A DNA stretch of 57,425 nucleotides from Promethearchaeota archaeon (GTDB lineage Archaea; Asgardarchaeota; Lokiarchaeia; Sigyniarchaeales; SOKP01), in assembly GCA_011364975.1 (NCBI GenBank), contig RDOE01000014.1, positions 1 to 57,425 on the forward strand, given 5' to 3'. The notes beneath the pieces were generated by a model, which worked only from the letters and a program-made list of their open reading frames with translations, was not told where the DNA came from and made no database searches. Within the stretch, counting starts at the first letter, position 1, and each line of letters starts with the position of its first letter. Below are positions 21,211 through 30,434 of this stretch, one piece after another. The translations under genes and the position numbers were made by a program.

Positions 21211-21648
21211 TCAAATGCTTGATCTATATAACGCATCATCAGGAACAAAACTCATCATAGTTAAGTACTTCCTCTGTTCCCAACCTAATCGCTTATAAAA
21301 GGCAATAGCATTTTTATTATGTTTTTCCACAAATAAATGAATTTTATGAACTTTATTTTGCCTAAATCTGTCCATTAGTTCATGCATTAACATTTTACCG
21401 TATCCTTTTTTCTGGTAAGCCGGATCGACAGCGAGATGGTGTACATATCCCCGTCTACCATCATAACCTCCTTGAACCACAGCAATTAATTTATCATTTT
21501 CTTTTCCGATTAAAAAAAACCTTGGATTTCGTTCTAACATTTTTTGAATTTCTATCTTATCATCAGAAGATCCGATTGATATACCGGCTCGAATCCATAA
21601 ATCTAAAACATCATTATAATAATCCATCTTAAAATCTTCAATTTCCAT
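21211..21648 (-). CDS. GNAT acetyltransferase (YpeA-like)
   Basis: GYDGRRGYVHHLAVDP.YQKKGYG, N..A..FY..LG; ATG at 21648 overlaps the MTase stop. Confidence 0.9.
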   Translation of the reverse strand: MEIEDFKMDYYNDVLDLWIRAGISIGSSDDKIEIQKMLERNPRFFLIGKENDKLIAVVQGGYDGRRGYVHHLAVDPAYQKKGYGKMLMHELMDRFRQNKVHKIHLFVEKHNKNAIAFYKRLGWEQRKYLTMMSFVPDDALYRSSI

Positions 21649-23764
21649 CAGTATCAACAAATGATTCTAATTTTAAATTGATAATTTTTTTTCTTAGTTC
21701 AGTCTTTTCTTTAATAATTGATTTTATATAGCTGGAAATCCGTTTTCTCCTATTTATATCTGATGGCATTGGCAGAATTACCTCTAATAATCGGTTTCCA
21801 ATAGTCGCAATAGTTCCTTGAACAAATGTTATTGCTTGAATTTGTTTTTGGACAATATCAAGATTGATTAAATATAAAAGCAGATATGGATCAATTAAAG
21901 ATGTGTTTTCCAATACTTTAATCTGAAAAATATGACTTTGAATTATAATTCGAGTGTCTAATTCCGTTATGTAGGCAACGTTACCAATAAGATTAGGACC
22001 ACCATCTTTAACCAAAAGAATATCGCCTTCTTCAATGTTTTGTTTATCTTTATATTGTTGATATACTTCTTCAGAAGTTTTTTTATGTGAATTCAAATTT
22101 ATTTCCCAGTTGCTTATATCACTAGTTCTTATAAAGGGTATATTCCCTAAACCATATAGATTTGAACCAATTTCATCTCCACGAGGTAATAATCCATTTT
22201 TATTGGTGAATATAATCCCTCGTTTAATTAATTCTAAGATTGAAATTAATTCATATCTAATGTCTTTCGCTAGCGTCTTTAATGCTTTTTCCACACCAAT
22301 ATAATAGCTGGGGATATAAATTTTATCTTTGATATCAGAAAACTTAATCTTGAAGACCTTCTGTTCTTTAAAATAATCAATTACCTCAGATTTATGTAAG
22401 TTTACATTTAGTTCGATTAATTCATCATCGATTATTTGATTTCCATTCTCATCTAATACTTTAGTTCCATCTTTATTCAATTTATGTAGAACTTTACCAT
22501 CTTTATCATGACCTACTTTATCAACAATAGCAAAGTCTATTGAATAGTCCTCATTTAAATTCTTTAATTTCTGAAAGAATAATATACTAGTTTTATTACA
22601 AGTATATGGCTGGAATGTATCCTGATCTAGTGATATAATTCCAAGAATTTTGCCATTTTGTTCTAAGAACTCCCAGATATAGCGATCAGAAGGATTCCCG
22701 AAAATGCCTTCAGGGAGTACAATCCCTAATTTCCCACCATTTTTGAGTAATTGAACACATCTTTCAATAAATAATATTTGAGGAGGTTGTTTTTTAGTTA
22801 ATTTCTTTTGCATTACCCAAGAATTATCTAATTGAGGTTTCCAAAGATGCCCCAAAGCATAATGTTTGAGAATATCCTTATTATCTATTGGAATTTTTGC
22901 TCCGAATGGTGGATTTGTAAAAATATAGTCAAACTTGTCATTTTTTATTACATTCTTTAGAGTTTCTTTATAATGAATGAAATCTAAAGAATCCTCACAA
23001 TAGATATTTGCAGTTCCACCACTTAAAATCTCTAAATACAATTTACATAATTGAGCCAAAAAAGAATCCTTATCTATTCCATAGAAGTTAGAGATAATTT
23101 CTCTTTTATTTTTATCTAAAGTTTCTGCATCATCTTGATAAGCATTCCATAATTTCTTCCAGATTAGACTTTTAGCTTCTAATAGAAAACCTCCATGCCC
23201 ACACGCAGGATCAAGTATCTTGGATTGAATATCAGGATTTAAATAACTAACCATGAAAGAAATAACATTAGGAGGAGTAAAAAATTGACCTCCTTCGTCT
23301 TTTAAAACCTTACTAACAAAAATTTCATAAGCATCACTTAAAATATCTTTTGATGATTTAAGAAGCGATATCTCTTGTAACTCCTTTACAATTAAAAAAA
23401 CTAATTCTTTAGTAAAATCGATTTGTTCATTATTACTTATAGTATTTCTAAAGCGTTCTTTTACCTTGAACTCAAAAAATTTTCGGATTCGCTCCAGTAA
23501 TTCCTTTTCATTTTCCCCTTGTTTAATGTAAAAATCTAATTCTTCCTCTTCCTCTTTGTCTAGTTCATCCACTAATTTACATAACAATAAATTAATTATT
23601 TGTTTCGATCGAGCTCTAGTATCAGTATCTGTGTATTTTAATTTCCCATATATATGTTGATTAATTATATTAAATGCTGTTTTTAAGTTGGGAGATATTA
23701 TCAAATCCTTTTTTTTCAAAATAAAAGGTTGGTCTTTTAGAAAGCTAGATATTTTTTCCTGCAT
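21638..23764 (-). CDS. N6-adenine DNA methyltransferase fused to a single HsdS-like target-recognition domain
   Basis: GQFFTP, DPACGHGGFL (motif I), NPPF (motif IV); C-terminal IPFIRTSDI...GDILL...P TRD pattern. Confidence 0.88.
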   Translation of the reverse strand: MQEKISSFLKDQPFILKKKDLIISPNLKTAFNIINQHIYGKLKYTDTDTRARSKQIINLLLCKLVDELDKEEEEELDFYIKQGENEKELLERIRKFFEFKVKERFRNTISNNEQIDFTKELVFLIVKELQEISLLKSSKDILSDAYEIFVSKVLKDEGGQFFTPPNVISFMVSYLNPDIQSKILDPACGHGGFLLEAKSLIWKKLWNAYQDDAETLDKNKREIISNFYGIDKDSFLAQLCKLYLEILSGGTANIYCEDSLDFIHYKETLKNVIKNDKFDYIFTNPPFGAKIPIDNKDILKHYALGHLWKPQLDNSWVMQKKLTKKQPPQILFIERCVQLLKNGGKLGIVLPEGIFGNPSDRYIWEFLEQNGKILGIISLDQDTFQPYTCNKTSILFFQKLKNLNEDYSIDFAIVDKVGHDKDGKVLHKLNKDGTKVLDENGNQIIDDELIELNVNLHKSEVIDYFKEQKVFKIKFSDIKDKIYIPSYYIGVEKALKTLAKDIRYELISILELIKRGIIFTNKNGLLPRGDEIGSNLYGLGNIPFIRTSDISNWEINLNSHKKTSEEVYQQYKDKQNIEEGDILLVKDGGPNLIGNVAYITELDTRIIIQSHIFQIKVLENTSLIDPYLLLYLINLDIVQKQIQAITFVQGTIATIGNRLLEVILPMPSDINRRKRISSYIKSIIKEKTELRKKIINLKLESFVDTDGN

Positions 23765-23873
23765 CTATCCTATTTTTTTTCCAATTTAGTTTTTAAACAG
23801 TGTGAAATCAATATCCTCTCTATGGTTACCTTTATTATTATTATTTTTTATTAAATGAAAATTAATTTTATTT

Positions 23874-24659
23874 ATGAGTCAAGATGAGTTAAATTTTGGA
23901 AACTTTGTCGATTTTAGTATAAAAAAGCGATTTGGGATAATAACACTAAATAGATTGCATCGATCAAATGCATTTACAATCGATTATCTCAAAAACTTGA
24001 AAAATGCCATCGAATATTGTCAAAATAATTCTAAAATAAAAGGAATAATCCTGACTAATAATGGAAATTCTTTTAGTACTGGTATGGACTTAGGAGAGAT
24101 TACTAATTATGATTATGACCAAGTTAAAGAATTAGAGAGTATTGCTGCAACAATTTGTAAATTATTGTATAATGGCAAACCGGCCATCTGCGCGGTTAAT
24201 GGAAGAGCAATGGGAGAAGGTGTAGTTTTTTTAGTTTGCTGTGATTACAAAATTGCTACAAAAGGGAGCTTTTTTCAAATGCCCGAGATAAATTCAGCTA
24301 TATTTCCCGGAACTGGCTGTGTGATCTTATTCGCAAAGATTATAGGGATAAATTGGACAAAGAAGATGTTAATGTTTAGTGAAAAAATTGAAGCAATCAA
24401 AGCTTTGGAAATTGGCTTAATCGATTCTATAGTTCAAGATAATGATGAACTAATGAAACTCGCATTAGAAAAAGCTACGTTCTTGCATTCTAAGAACCAG
24501 ATTGTATTAAGCGCTATAAAGTTAATGAGTAATCATTTAATGGATAAGAGTTTTTCAAAAGCTTACGAGATTGAAAAATTGGGTTCAAATTGGTATAATT
24601 ATGAAGACAAAGCTCTCCTTATCGAAAATTTAAGAAAGAAATTCGATTGGGAAACATAA
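23874..24659 (+). CDS. Enoyl-CoA hydratase/isomerase family protein
   Basis: LNR...SNAF, FSTGMDL, KPAICAVNG, MPE. Confidence 0.88.
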   Translation: MSQDELNFGNFVDFSIKKRFGIITLNRLHRSNAFTIDYLKNLKNAIEYCQNNSKIKGIILTNNGNSFSTGMDLGEITNYDYDQVKELESIAATICKLLYNGKPAICAVNGRAMGEGVVFLVCCDYKIATKGSFFQMPEINSAIFPGTGCVILFAKIIGINWTKKMLMFSEKIEAIKALEIGLIDSIVQDNDELMKLALEKATFLHSKNQIVLSAIKLMSNHLMDKSFSKAYEIEKLGSNWYNYEDKALLIENLRKKFDWET

Positions 24660-24707
24660 TAAATAAAAAGATAGAAAATAAAAATACACTATTAAAAATA
24701 TTAGTAG

Positions 24708-26399
24708 TTGATAAAAATGTCTTGGGAAGAATATAGTCATTATCCTCACACTATAAATGGTGTAATAGAAAAATGGGCAAAAGAGAGACCAAATAAAATA
24801 GCTCTTTTCTTTTATGACACGGGAAAAGAATATACCTATAAAGATTTTAGTGATGCCATATTTGCAATGGCTTTTAAATTATTTAATATGGGTTTTAGGA
24901 AGGGAGATATTATTGCAACGTCATTACCTTTTCTTTATGAACATATCGTTCTTGGTTATGCCTGCGCTAAATTGGGAGTTATGTGGTGTCCAATGGATTT
25001 GAGATTAAAACCCCCAGAAATAATGAGAAATCTCAGTTTACTAAAAGAAAAATGTAAAATGTATTGTCATCTTGGAAAAACTTCAGCCGCAAATTTTGGA
25101 ATGATTGGAGCTGCAGTAATGAAAAACAATCCTTGGTTAAAATATATAGTCCAATTTAGCACTCCAGAAGATAGATATCGGGAAGGTATAATCCCCGCTT
25201 ATAAAATTGCTAAAGAAGCGAGGGAGGAAATAATCAAAGCTATGATAAATCCTGATTCTATGAAAGATTTCAATATAGAATGCTCAAAAGTTAGTGAAGA
25301 TGATCCCATATTAATCATTTTTACCACTGGTTCAACTGGATATCCGAAACCTGCTATGTTAACTAATAAAGGAATAACCTGCCAAAATATGTGTCTAGCT
25401 AAAGGCTTAAATTCCGAAGAGGAAGATATCATGTTAGTAAACCTCCCCCCTTCTCATGTGGGAGGGACGACAGAGCAGTTCATGACACCTTTATTTAAAG
25501 GAGGCTCAGTGGTTGTCTTACACATATTTGATCCCGCAAAAACGCTTGATGCCATCCAAAAGTATAAAGTTACTATTATGGGACAAATACCTGCCTTATT
25601 TGTTATGGAATGGAGACTTCCAAACTATAATGAATATGACATTAGTTCTCTTAAATATGCAATCGCTGCAGGGCAGCCTGTTGATAGACCTTTTCTTGAA
25701 AACTTATCTAAAATGGCTCCAAATCTCTTTACAGGGTTAGGACTCACAGAGACATCAGGATTTTGTTCTTATACACCAACAAATCTAACGTTAGATGAAT
25801 TTACTGGAACACTTGGTTTTGATTTTCCAATTTATCCAATGTCGATACATGAACCAATGAAAGAGGATGGTATCGTTGGAGAAGAAACATCAATGGGAGA
25901 AATAGGTGAAATATGCTATAAAGGACCGCAAACGTTTCTGGGGTATTTTGGAAATGAAGAAGCCACTAGAAACACCATATCTCTCGACGGATATCTCTAT
26001 ACAGGAGATATGGGATACATTGATGATAAAGGTTTACATCTTGCAGGAAGAAGAAAATTCCTAATAAAGCCTAAAGGATATCAAGTTTTTCCTCCAGAGG
26101 TTGAAAATTTTATAGCAGAATTGCCACAAGTTGAATTCGTAGGTGTAATAGGAGCACCACATGAAGTATTTACGGAAGGAATAATCGCTTATATAAAGTT
26201 AAGAGACGGAGAATCACTTTCAGAACAAGAAGTTATAGAACATTGTAAAGGTATGGCTTCATATAAACGACCATCCTTAATTGTATTTTTGGATGAATTT
26301 CCATTAAATCGCGTAGCGAAGACTGACTATGTTGCGTTGAGAGAAAGAATAGATGATGATGTTAAAAAGGCAAGATACTTAGGAGGGTGGGATAAATAA
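24708..26399 (+). CDS. Acyl-CoA synthetase / AMP-binding enzyme
   Basis: TTGSTGYPK, GLTET, YTGDMG; start probably ATG 24717. Confidence 0.92.
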   Translation: MIKMSWEEYSHYPHTINGVIEKWAKERPNKIALFFYDTGKEYTYKDFSDAIFAMAFKLFNMGFRKGDIIATSLPFLYEHIVLGYACAKLGVMWCPMDLRLKPPEIMRNLSLLKEKCKMYCHLGKTSAANFGMIGAAVMKNNPWLKYIVQFSTPEDRYREGIIPAYKIAKEAREEIIKAMINPDSMKDFNIECSKVSEDDPILIIFTTGSTGYPKPAMLTNKGITCQNMCLAKGLNSEEEDIMLVNLPPSHVGGTTEQFMTPLFKGGSVVVLHIFDPAKTLDAIQKYKVTIMGQIPALFVMEWRLPNYNEYDISSLKYAIAAGQPVDRPFLENLSKMAPNLFTGLGLTETSGFCSYTPTNLTLDEFTGTLGFDFPIYPMSIHEPMKEDGIVGEETSMGEIGEICYKGPQTFLGYFGNEEATRNTISLDGYLYTGDMGYIDDKGLHLAGRRKFLIKPKGYQVFPPEVENFIAELPQVEFVGVIGAPHEVFTEGIIAYIKLRDGESLSEQEVIEHCKGMASYKRPSLIVFLDEFPLNRVAKTDYVALRERIDDDVKKARYLGGWDK

Positions 26400-26519
26400 T
26401 AAAAACTTTTATTTTCCTTTTTTGGAACTTTCTGATTTACTTATAGCCATTTCTTATGTGGATTATTCATAAAAAGGAAATTTACATAATCTTTAAATCA
26501 AGGCTAAAGTTAATAATCC

Positions 26520-26579
26520 TTAGCTATCGTTATTTGTTCAACATTCCGTTAAACAAATCTCTTATGAGAAAAAAGCTGA
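26520..26579 (+). promoter_or_regulatory. Putative structured 5' leader of alba (three-way junction)
   Basis: TTAGCT/AGCTGA closing stem, ATTTGTT-C-AAC/GTT-A-AACAAAT hairpin and CTC-TTAT-GAG hairpin; begins about 25 nt after TTTAAAT (26492). Confidence 0.4.
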
Positions 26580-26648
26580 AAAAACAAAATAGAAAAAATT
26601 AACAAAGTAAATCTTAAAATAAGATACAAGATTTATAGGTGAAGAATT

Positions 26649-26936
26649 TTGGCAAAGAAAGATGACTCAAAAGTATTTATTGGCAGAAAAAAGTCGATGA
26701 GCTACGTTATGGCAGCTATGGTGATATTAAATGATAAGCCCGTAAGAATTTTGGCCCGTGGGCGTTCAATATCACGAGCTGTCGATGTAGCAGAGATAAT
26801 CATTAGGAAATTTGTTCCTGGAAGTACTTATGGTGAAGTCTTAATTGATACAGAAACCATTACCAATCAAGATGGAACAAATACAAATGTATCATCCATA
26901 GAGATTGAGATTTTTCCCCCAAAGAATAAAAAGTAA
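26649..26936 (+). CDS. albA: DNA/RNA-binding protein Alba
   Basis: VFIGRK..MSYV, ARGRSISRAVDVAE, NVSSIEI; TTG start with GGTGA SD. Confidence 0.95.
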   Translation: MAKKDDSKVFIGRKKSMSYVMAAMVILNDKPVRILARGRSISRAVDVAEIIIRKFVPGSTYGEVLIDTETITNQDGTNTNVSSIEIEIFPPKNKK

Positions 26937-26944
26937 ATAATCAG

Positions 26945-26995
26945 GAGAAAATCAGGAGACTTTCTCGCTTCTTTTTTTTATTTTTAGTTTTTTGA
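26945..26995 (+). terminator. Hairpin plus oligo-T terminator after alba
   Basis: GAGAAA...TTTCTC stem followed by several T-runs. Confidence 0.55.
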
Positions 26996-27007
26996 TTTAT
27001 ATATAAT

Positions 27008-27871
27008 TCATAAAATGAATTTGTAATGGTTAAGGTCATAAATCGGTCGATAACCAATCTTTTGATAAATACTATTTGAAATAGGGTTACTTAAATCCGT
27101 AAATAAAAAGCAATATTTGTTACCCTCTTCCAACAGTTGGCGACTTAATTTGGCTACACACTCAGTTGCATAGCCATTTCTCCTAAGTGCTAGGGGTGTA
27201 TACACTAAATTAACAGCAATTCCATTTGGCGTTCTTCCTGCTTTCCGTGCCATCGAAACGGGCTCGTTATTATCGAATAATAAATAAATCCGACTTTTGC
27301 CACTTTCAATTTCGTCACTTATATTTTTAAGACTTTGATTCAATTCTATTTCGGTTACCTCCTCTAATGCTTCACTCATCATATCTTTACTCCACTTAAG
27401 CACCAGTGACTGAAAATGCTTATTAGCAACTGAAATTCGTCTTTTTCCCAAAGTTTCTGTTGTAACTTTTTCTAATTTGTAGAGCCTTTCTTTTCTTAAT
27501 AACTTAAATGATAGATTATTAACTTTACACCATAATTTAGTAAATTTGTCAGCTGCTTCTTTAAGACCTATAACACCAGGTAAATTTTCATTCCTTTTAG
27601 CAAACTCTTCTACTAATAGTTCAATATAATTCAAATCATTGCTAAAGGAGAGCAAGAGATCGCGAGGTGGTGTTCTTATTGCTAAAGCATTTATTAAATT
27701 ATTTTTAAGAACCAAACTTAAACTTGGTACTTCTACCCCATAGCGGTTAATATTATCTTTCAGGGCATGAAGGACATAAAAGAGAAGTCCGTTTTCGACC
27801 TCGTGTTCCATTAGAAAAGGAGATGCCATATCATAAAATATATTTATATCATCATAAAATCGTACTTCCAT
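27008..27871 (-). CDS. Two-domain GNAT acetyltransferase
   Basis: C-terminal VYTP..LRRNGYA...LFTD..NP.SN.IYQKIGY. Confidence 0.88.
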   Translation of the reverse strand: MEVRFYDDINIFYDMASPFLMEHEVENGLLFYVLHALKDNINRYGVEVPSLSLVLKNNLINALAIRTPPRDLLLSFSNDLNYIELLVEEFAKRNENLPGVIGLKEAADKFTKLWCKVNNLSFKLLRKERLYKLEKVTTETLGKRRISVANKHFQSLVLKWSKDMMSEALEEVTEIELNQSLKNISDEIESGKSRIYLLFDNNEPVSMARKAGRTPNGIAVNLVYTPLALRRNGYATECVAKLSRQLLEEGNKYCFLFTDLSNPISNSIYQKIGYRPIYDLNHYKFIL

Positions 27872-27928
27872 ACTACTTAAAGAAGATCTTTTTTATAATA
27901 AAGGTTCGATTTTATGAGAAGTTACGAG

Positions 27929-28231
27929 TTAATTTATTGTTCCTTTTAATTCTTCCAATTTCTTCTGAAAATTCTCAATATCTGATTTTTTGATTTGTTC
28001 GCCATTTATATCGTGAATAATCTTAATAAAATCTTTAATTAATGGATGCTCCAGTATTTCACATCTTTGATTTAAGGTATTAACACTCAGAATCAAAGCA
28101 GAATCTAAACTTTCCCCCATACCTAATACATCCTTGAATAATAATTCATTATTTTTAGTATAGGATAATATTACGATGTCTTCTAAAATTTGCGACCCAT
28201 CATTTTTCTTAATTATCTTAAATTCACACAT
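27929..28231 (-). CDS. CooT-family nickel-binding CODH accessory protein
   Basis: N-terminal MCEFK, EDIV...KDVLG pattern and a C-terminal His; divergent from cdhB/cdhC. Confidence 0.72.
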   Translation of the reverse strand: MCEFKIIKKNDGSQILEDIVILSYTKNNELLFKDVLGMGESLDSALILSVNTLNQRCEILEHPLIKDFIKIIHDINGEQIKKSDIENFQKKLEELKGTIN

Positions 28232-28387
28232 GTCCTAGATTCTCCTTTTTTTTATTTCTTTTTAATTTAAATTAAACCTTTTGAGTTTATTTAAAGTAAA
28301 TAAAACTAACTTTTTTATTTTAGTCTTAATTTTTAGAATTAATATATAGTTTTACCTATTTTTTAATCGGAAATTGAGGAAATATAG

Positions 28388-28918
28388 ATGGCAAGACCAT
28401 ATCAAAAAGCAAACATTCCCGGACCAGAAATGGGTACCTCTGTTTTTGATCCGAAAGTGATGGCAAACATTCTTAAAAGTCCAAAGAAAAAGGTTTTTGT
28501 TATCGGAGCAGAATCATTGAATTGGGAATTAGATGGAAAAAAAGTTGCTGATTATTATGTCGACATAGCAAATAAAATTAATACCCATGTTGTCTCTACG
28601 GGGCATACGTATGGATATTTAAAGGATAAAATTCCCAACGATAAATTATGGGATATGTCCTTAATCAATATTACAGGTAGACTTCAAGATAAAGACTGGA
28701 ACGGGTTAGATGGAAAAGGTCAATATAGTATGGCAATCTTTGGTGGACATTTAGTATATTATGTGAGTCAAACGCTAAGTAGGTTAAAAAACTTCCAAAA
28801 TCATTTGAGAACTGTTGAGTTAGATAAATATTCACACCCAAATGCCCGATTTAGTTTACCGAACCTTAGCGATGCTGATTGGAAAGAATTTTTGGAAAAA
28901 GTAATTGAAAATTTATAA
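28388..28918 (+). CDS. cdhB: ACDS complex epsilon subunit
   Basis: PYQ.ANIPGP, D.DWNGLDGKGQY, LDKY.HPNA.FS.PN. Confidence 0.9.
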   Translation: MARPYQKANIPGPEMGTSVFDPKVMANILKSPKKKVFVIGAESLNWELDGKKVADYYVDIANKINTHVVSTGHTYGYLKDKIPNDKLWDMSLINITGRLQDKDWNGLDGKGQYSMAIFGGHLVYYVSQTLSRLKNFQNHLRTVELDKYSHPNARFSLPNLSDADWKEFLEKVIENL

Positions 28919-28957
28919 AAATCAAATTAATGAGATATTATAAAAGAGGTTAAAAAT

Positions 28958-30361
28958 ATGAGTTTTTCAGATATGCCTGTTGATGTGGGCCCAGTTTATG
29001 AGGGTGAGCGCATCAGAGCAAACCAAATGTATGTTGAACTTGGCGGACCTAAAATGGAGAAGCATTTTGAGCTCGTGAGAGTAAAAAATCCAAAAGATAT
29101 CAAAGATGGTCAAGTAAAACTAATTGGACCTGATATTAAAGACATGAAAGAAGGCTCAACCCATCCCATTGGAATTTTTATTGAGGTTGCAGGTCCAGAA
29201 TTAGAGGAGGATTTAGAAGCTGTTTTCGAAAGAAGAGTTCATGAATTTTGCAATTTTGTAAATGGAATAATGCATCTCAATCAAAGATATACTAATTGGA
29301 TGCGAATTTCAAAGGCAGCTGTCGAAAAAGGGTTCAATAGTTTTCAGATGTTGGGCACAATATTGATTAGATTGTATAAAGCAGAGTTACCAATCATTAA
29401 GCAAGCACAAGTAACTATTTACACTGATCCGAAAGAAATTGAAAAGCCTTACGAGATGGCTATGGAAATTTATAGTAAGAGAGATGAGCGAGCGAGAACT
29501 ATCCATGATGAAGATGTAGACATGTACTATGGTTGTGTCTTATGCCAGAGTTTTGCACCTACTCATGCCTGCTGTATTACTCCAGACAGAACAAGCTTAT
29601 GTGGTTCAATTAATTGGTTCGATGCTAGAGCTGCTGCTAAAGTAGACCCTAAAGGACCATTATTTGAAGTTCCGCCAGGTGAGTGCCTAAATAGAGAAGC
29701 TGGGGAATTTTCTGGAATAAATGAGATGATTAAAAAACGTTCCTTAGGAGAAATCAATAAAATATTTCTATATTCAGGTATGGAATATCCTCATACCTCT
29801 TGTGGTTGTTTTGAGGCAATCGATTTTTTCATTCCTGAAGTGAATGGATACGGAATTGTAGACAGAAATTATGATGATGTTGCAATCAACGGCCTTCCCT
29901 TCTCTGCAATGGCAAATCAGACTGGAGGAGGTAAACAGATGCCAGGATTCAATGGAATAAGTATTCAGTATATTATTTCTCCGAAATTTCAGCAGTACGA
30001 TGGTGGTATCGAAACCGTTGTTTGGATGCCAAAAGCAGTCAAGGATCGTGTAGCAGAATTTTTACCTCCAGATTTAGTTCCTAAGATAGCCACTGAGGAA
30101 GAGGTTAAGGATTTGAATAAACTAAAAGATTGGTTAAAGGAACATGACCATCCTGTAGTTAAAACTTGGACTGAGCTTGAAGCTGAAGAAGAAGAAGAAG
30201 CTGAATACGAAGCAGAAGGTGCAATGGTTCCGATGGGTACTGTTGGAATGACCATTCCGGGAGTTGGCGGTGCTGGTGGTTTTAAAATAATTTTAAAGAA
30301 TTGCAAGATTCACGCGGAATCAATCATTATTAAAAAGATTGAGCCCAAAGGCAGAAAATAG
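28958..30361 (+). CDS. cdhC: ACDS complex beta subunit (acetyl-CoA synthase)
   Basis: EGERIR, CVLCQSFAPTH, LCG, PHTSCGCFE A-cluster ligands; acidic linker and KIILKN tail. Confidence 0.96.
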   Translation: MSFSDMPVDVGPVYEGERIRANQMYVELGGPKMEKHFELVRVKNPKDIKDGQVKLIGPDIKDMKEGSTHPIGIFIEVAGPELEEDLEAVFERRVHEFCNFVNGIMHLNQRYTNWMRISKAAVEKGFNSFQMLGTILIRLYKAELPIIKQAQVTIYTDPKEIEKPYEMAMEIYSKRDERARTIHDEDVDMYYGCVLCQSFAPTHACCITPDRTSLCGSINWFDARAAAKVDPKGPLFEVPPGECLNREAGEFSGINEMIKKRSLGEINKIFLYSGMEYPHTSCGCFEAIDFFIPEVNGYGIVDRNYDDVAINGLPFSAMANQTGGGKQMPGFNGISIQYIISPKFQQYDGGIETVVWMPKAVKDRVAEFLPPDLVPKIATEEEVKDLNKLKDWLKEHDHPVVKTWTELEAEEEEEAEYEAEGAMVPMGTVGMTIPGVGGAGGFKIILKNCKIHAESIIIKKIEPKGRK

Positions 30362-30434
30362 ATTTTAAAAATATAATCTTTATTTATTTTTTTACTTTTT
30401 ATCATCAAGTACGTTTGAGATCATATTATAGGTT

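Noticed and set aside
26938-26960. AATCAGGAGA direct repeat after alba as a CRISPR or mobile-element trace
   Set aside because: Two adjacent 10-mers within a terminator hairpin; no spacers or transposase.
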